Source of the DNA: Mobula hypostoma
Lineage: Eukaryota
Direction of reading: 5' to 3'
Assembly: GCF_963921235.1 (NCBI RefSeq)
Contig: NC_086097.1
Span: 221,962,001-222,026,000 of the forward strand
DNA length: 64,000 nt
Of the stretch, positions 60,208 through 64,000 are shown piece after piece. A program made the position numbers and the translations under genes. Every line of letters begins with the position of its first letter. Position 1 is the first letter of the stretch. The notes under the pieces are model-generated. The model worked only from the letters and a program-made list of their open reading frames with translations, ran no database searches and was not told the origin of the DNA.

Positions 60208-62085
60208 ACTATAAGGTCATAAAATACATGAGTAGAATTAAGACATTTGGCCCATCGAGTCTGTTCCACCATTTCACTCTGGCTGATCCACTTCCCTCTT
60301 AGCCTCAATCTCCTGCCTTCTTCCAATATCCCTTCATGCCCTGACTAACCAAGAACCTTTCTAACTTCTGCCTCAAATAAACCCAATGACTTAGCCTCCA
60401 TATTTGCCTGTGGAGATTCACCACTCTGGCTAAAGAAATTCTTCCACATCTTTGGTCTAAATGGATGTCCCTGTGAGGCTGTGTCCCCTGGTCTTAGACT
60501 CCCCACCATAAGAAATATCCTCTCCCCATCCACCTTATCAAGGCCTTTCAACATTCGATAGGTTTCAATGACGTATTCTCTCATTCTACTGAATTCGAAC
60601 GAGCACAGGCCAAGGTACATCAAATGCTCCTCATATGATTGGCCTTTCAAACCCGTGAACCCTCCTTTGAACTCCCTCCAATGTTAGTGCATCCTTTCTT
60701 AGATAAGGAGCCCAAAACTGCTCACAATACTCCAAGTGGCACCTCACCAATGCCTTATAAAGCCTCAACATTATATCTTTACTTTTATATTCTAGTCCTC
60801 TCCAAAGTAAATGCTAACATTGCATTTGCCTTCCTCACCACTGATTCAACCTGCAAATTAACCTTTAGGAGATCCTGCACGAGGACTCCCAAGTCGCTTT
60901 GCACTTCAGGTTTTTGACTTTTCTCTCCATTTAGAAAATAGTCTACCCTTTTATTTCTTCCACCTAAGTGCATGACCATAAATTTCCTGATATTGTATTC
61001 CATCTTCCACTTCTTTGCCCATTCTCCTAATCTGCTAAGTCGTTCTGTAGCCATAAAACCATAAGACGCTAAGACATAGGAGCAGAATTAGGCCATTCAG
61101 CCCATTGAGTTGGCTACGCCATTCTATCATGGCTGATCCTGGATCCCACTCAACCCCATTCACCTGCCTTCCCACCATATCCTTTGATGCCCTGACTGAT
61201 CAGGAAACTATCAACTTCCACCTGAAATATACCGATGGACTTGGCCTCCACCGCAGTCTGTGGCAGAGTATTCCACAGATCTACCACTCTGGCTAAAAAA
61301 AATCCTCCTTACCTCCATTCTAAAGGGTTGCCCCTAGATCTGAGGCTGTGCCCTTGAGTTCTGGGTACCCCCACCATGGGAAACATCCTCTCCACATCCA
61401 CCCTATATAATCAACATTCAGTGGGTTTCAGTGAGATCCCCCCACATTCTTTTTAGTTCCAGTGATTACAGGACCAAAGCTGCCAAACACTCCTCATATG
61501 TTAACCACTTCATTCCTGGAATCATCCTCATGAATCTCCTCTGGACTCTCTCCAATGACAATACATCCTTTCTGAGATATGGGGCCCAAAAGTGTTGACA
61601 ATACTCCAAGTACAGCCTGATTAGTGTCCTGTAAGGGCTCAGCATATTCTCCTTGCTTTTATATTCTATTACCCTTGAAATAAATGCCAACATTACATTT
61701 GCCTTCTTTACCACAGACTCAATCTGTAGATTAACCCTCGGGGAGTCTTGAGCAAGGACTCCCAAAACCCTCTGCGCCCCTGATGTTTGAAAAGCCTCTC
61801 TACTTCCTCAAAATTATCTGTCCCTCCGCTTATCTTCATATCATCTGCAAACTTAGCCACAAAGCCATCAACTCCATCACCAAATCGTTGACATACAACT
61901 TAAAAAGAAGCAGTCCCAACACAAACCCCTGTGGAACACCACTACTCACCGGAAGCCAATACAAAATGGCTGCCTTTATTCCCACTCTTTGATTCCTGCC
62001 AATCAGCCACTGCTCTATGCATGCTGGTATCTTTCCTGTTATACAATGGGCTCTAACTTGTTAAGCAGTCTCAAGTGCGGCACCT
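60208..62085 (-). mobile_element. Degenerate CR1 with a second CR1 fragment nested at 61053-61792
   Basis: Host breaks at ...gttctgtagcc (61052) and resumes agcctctctacttcctc (61793); the insert has its own (CATAAGAC) tail. Confidence 0.8.
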
Positions 62086-63044
62086 TCTTCAGATTACTAT
62101 CTGGACAGCTTTCCTACTCTCTGATGTACTCAGTGTGGAGTTGCAGATTCCAGCACATCAACTCCAAGTTAAAGTTTTCAGATCTACGGCGAATCTTGTT
62201 GTTGTGGATTCCATCAACTGCCATGGCTGCAAACCATCACCTGCCTCCTGATGTACTCCTCTCAAATTAATTTCTATATTTAATTGAATCACCTTTGTTT
62301 AGTTCTGTTGTTGTCACTGAATGCTGCACGCAGAGACAGCAAAGAGTCAACCACAGGGATGGGTCTGGAGTCACAAGGGAACAGAAATAGTATGGATGGC
62401 AAATTTTCTTCCCTGAAAAATGTGAACCTGGTGTATTTTAAAATAACTCAATAGCTATATGGTTGCAAATACTAATTAAGCTATCCCGATTATTTTTATT
62501 TGAATTTAAATTCCCCAATAGCCTTGGGGATATTCAGTTCCGTGTCTCCAGATCGGTACAGGCAGAATAACCACTCTCTGACTGTACTCTATAGTGGTCT
62601 CTACTAGCTGTCTCCAGAAAGTTTGTACAGAGTGGAAATATGGACGATACGTAAGACATCAGTGCAGAATTAGACCATTCAGCCTATTGTGTTTGCTCCA
62701 CCATTCAACCGCGACTGATTTATTTTCCCTCCCAATCCCACTGTCATGCCTTCTCCCATAACTTTTGATACCCTTACTAATCAAGAACCTAAAGTCTCTC
62801 TAGCTCCTTGTCCCTTTCCACATTCTACACTTGAGACTCAGCTATATTACCCCACACATGTGCATTCCCATCTTCTGTGTAGTGACAAGGATTACCCCCC
62901 AACTTCACTCAGCAAGTCATGCTCCCCAAACTAAAAGAAATGAGCGAGTTTTAATAGTGCATTGTGAGGCCAACACCCATTTTCTGGAGATCCTTAAATA
63001 TAGTTCTTGCTGTCCTTTGGATGTGAAATTACACTCAAAAGCTT

Positions 63045-63560
63045 CTATAGTTTTACTGCGGACAGCACTCTGACAGGCCGCATCATTATCTGATATGGAG
63101 GGGCTACTGCACAGGACCGAAAGAAGCTGCAGAAGTTTGTAAATCTAGTCAGCTCCATCTTGGGCACTAGCCTACAAAGTACCCAGGACATCTTTAGGGA
63201 GCAGTGTCTCAGAAAGGCAGTGTCCATTATTAAAGACCTCCAGCACCCAGGGCATGCCCTTTTCTCACTGTTACCATCAGGTAGGAGATACAGAAGCCTG
63301 AAGGCACACACTCAGTGATTCAGGAACAGCTTCCTCCCCTTTGCTATCCGATTCCTAAATGGACATTGAAGCTTTGGACACGACCTCACTTTTTAAAATA
63401 TACATTATTTCTGTTTTTACATATTTTTAAACATCTATTCAATATATGTTATTGATTTATTTGTTTATTTATTATTATGTTTTATTTTATTTATTATTTT
63501 TTCTCTCTCTGCTAGATTATATATTGCATTAAACTGCTGCTTCTAAGTTAACAAATTTCA
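63045..63560 (+). mobile_element. Rex1/Babar-like LINE 3' fragment
   Basis: Plus strand encodes DRKKLQKFV..IIKDLQHPGHALFSLLPSGRRYRSL..FRNSF; AT-rich 3' UTR. Confidence 0.7.
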
Positions 63561-64000
63561 CATTAGATTATTAGATTAAATCAGATTATGAGGACACTCA
63601 GTCCTCGATTATTGTCATTTAGTAATGAATGCATTAAAAAATGATACAATGTTCCTCCGGTATGATATCACAGAAACACAAGACAGACCAAGACTAAAAC
63701 TGACAAAAAACACATAATTATAACATATAGTTACAACAATGCAAAGCAATACTGTAATTTGATAAGAGCAGACCATGGGCACGGTTAAAAAAAAGTCTCA
63801 AAGTCCCAATACCCCAATATCTCATGCAGTCAGTAGAAGGGAGAAACTCTCCCTTCCATGAGCTTCCAGCGCCGCAAACTTGCCGATGCAGCATCCTGGA
63901 AGCACCTGACCACAGTCCGACTCTGAGTCCGTCCGAAAATTTCGAGCCTCCGACCAGCCCTCCGACACTGAGCACCGAGCACCATCTCTGCCGAGCGCTT
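63561..64000 (-). mobile_element. Second copy of the unclassified (ATAATC/TAATC)n-tailed retroelement, runs off the window
   Basis: Reverse complement matches 23250-23403 plus 25574-25817. Confidence 0.7.

Noticed and set aside
55120..64000. Next upstream TRPA1 exon (expected ...NHPVCKEYLLMKW)
   Set aside because: Not found by eye; the only MKW seen (about 61505) is inside a CR1. Probably beyond the window.

Overview
Eukaryotic (vertebrate) genomic DNA, most likely a cartilaginous fish such as a ray or shark. This is inferred from HER1-type CR1 LINEs, an HE1/V-type SINE and abundant Penelope-derived repeats. The only host gene I can support is the 3' part of a TRPA1 channel gene on the minus strand. 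It has nine GT-AG coding exons between 55119 and 22201 that splice in frame to about 425 aa, covering pre-S1, S1-S6, the TRP-like helix and the coiled coil; the ankyrin-repeat exons lie beyond the window. Most of the remainder is a layered set of retroelements: CR1 (several subfamilies), L1, Rex1/Babar, Penelope-like elements, SINEs, Tc1-derived MITEs and a probable solo LTR. Highlights: (i) Penelope-derived short insertions carrying a minimal type-I hammerhead ribozyme motif and long fold-back hairpins; (ii) an invertebrate-type CR1-like LINE inserted inside one such hammerhead; (iii) a three-level L1>SINE>CR1 nest next to a TRPA1 splice acceptor; (iv) inverted near-identical CR1 copies bracketing five in-frame TRPA1 exons; (v) unusual substitutions at TRPA1 ligand-determining residues. 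Repeat family names come from motif recognition only; no searches were run.
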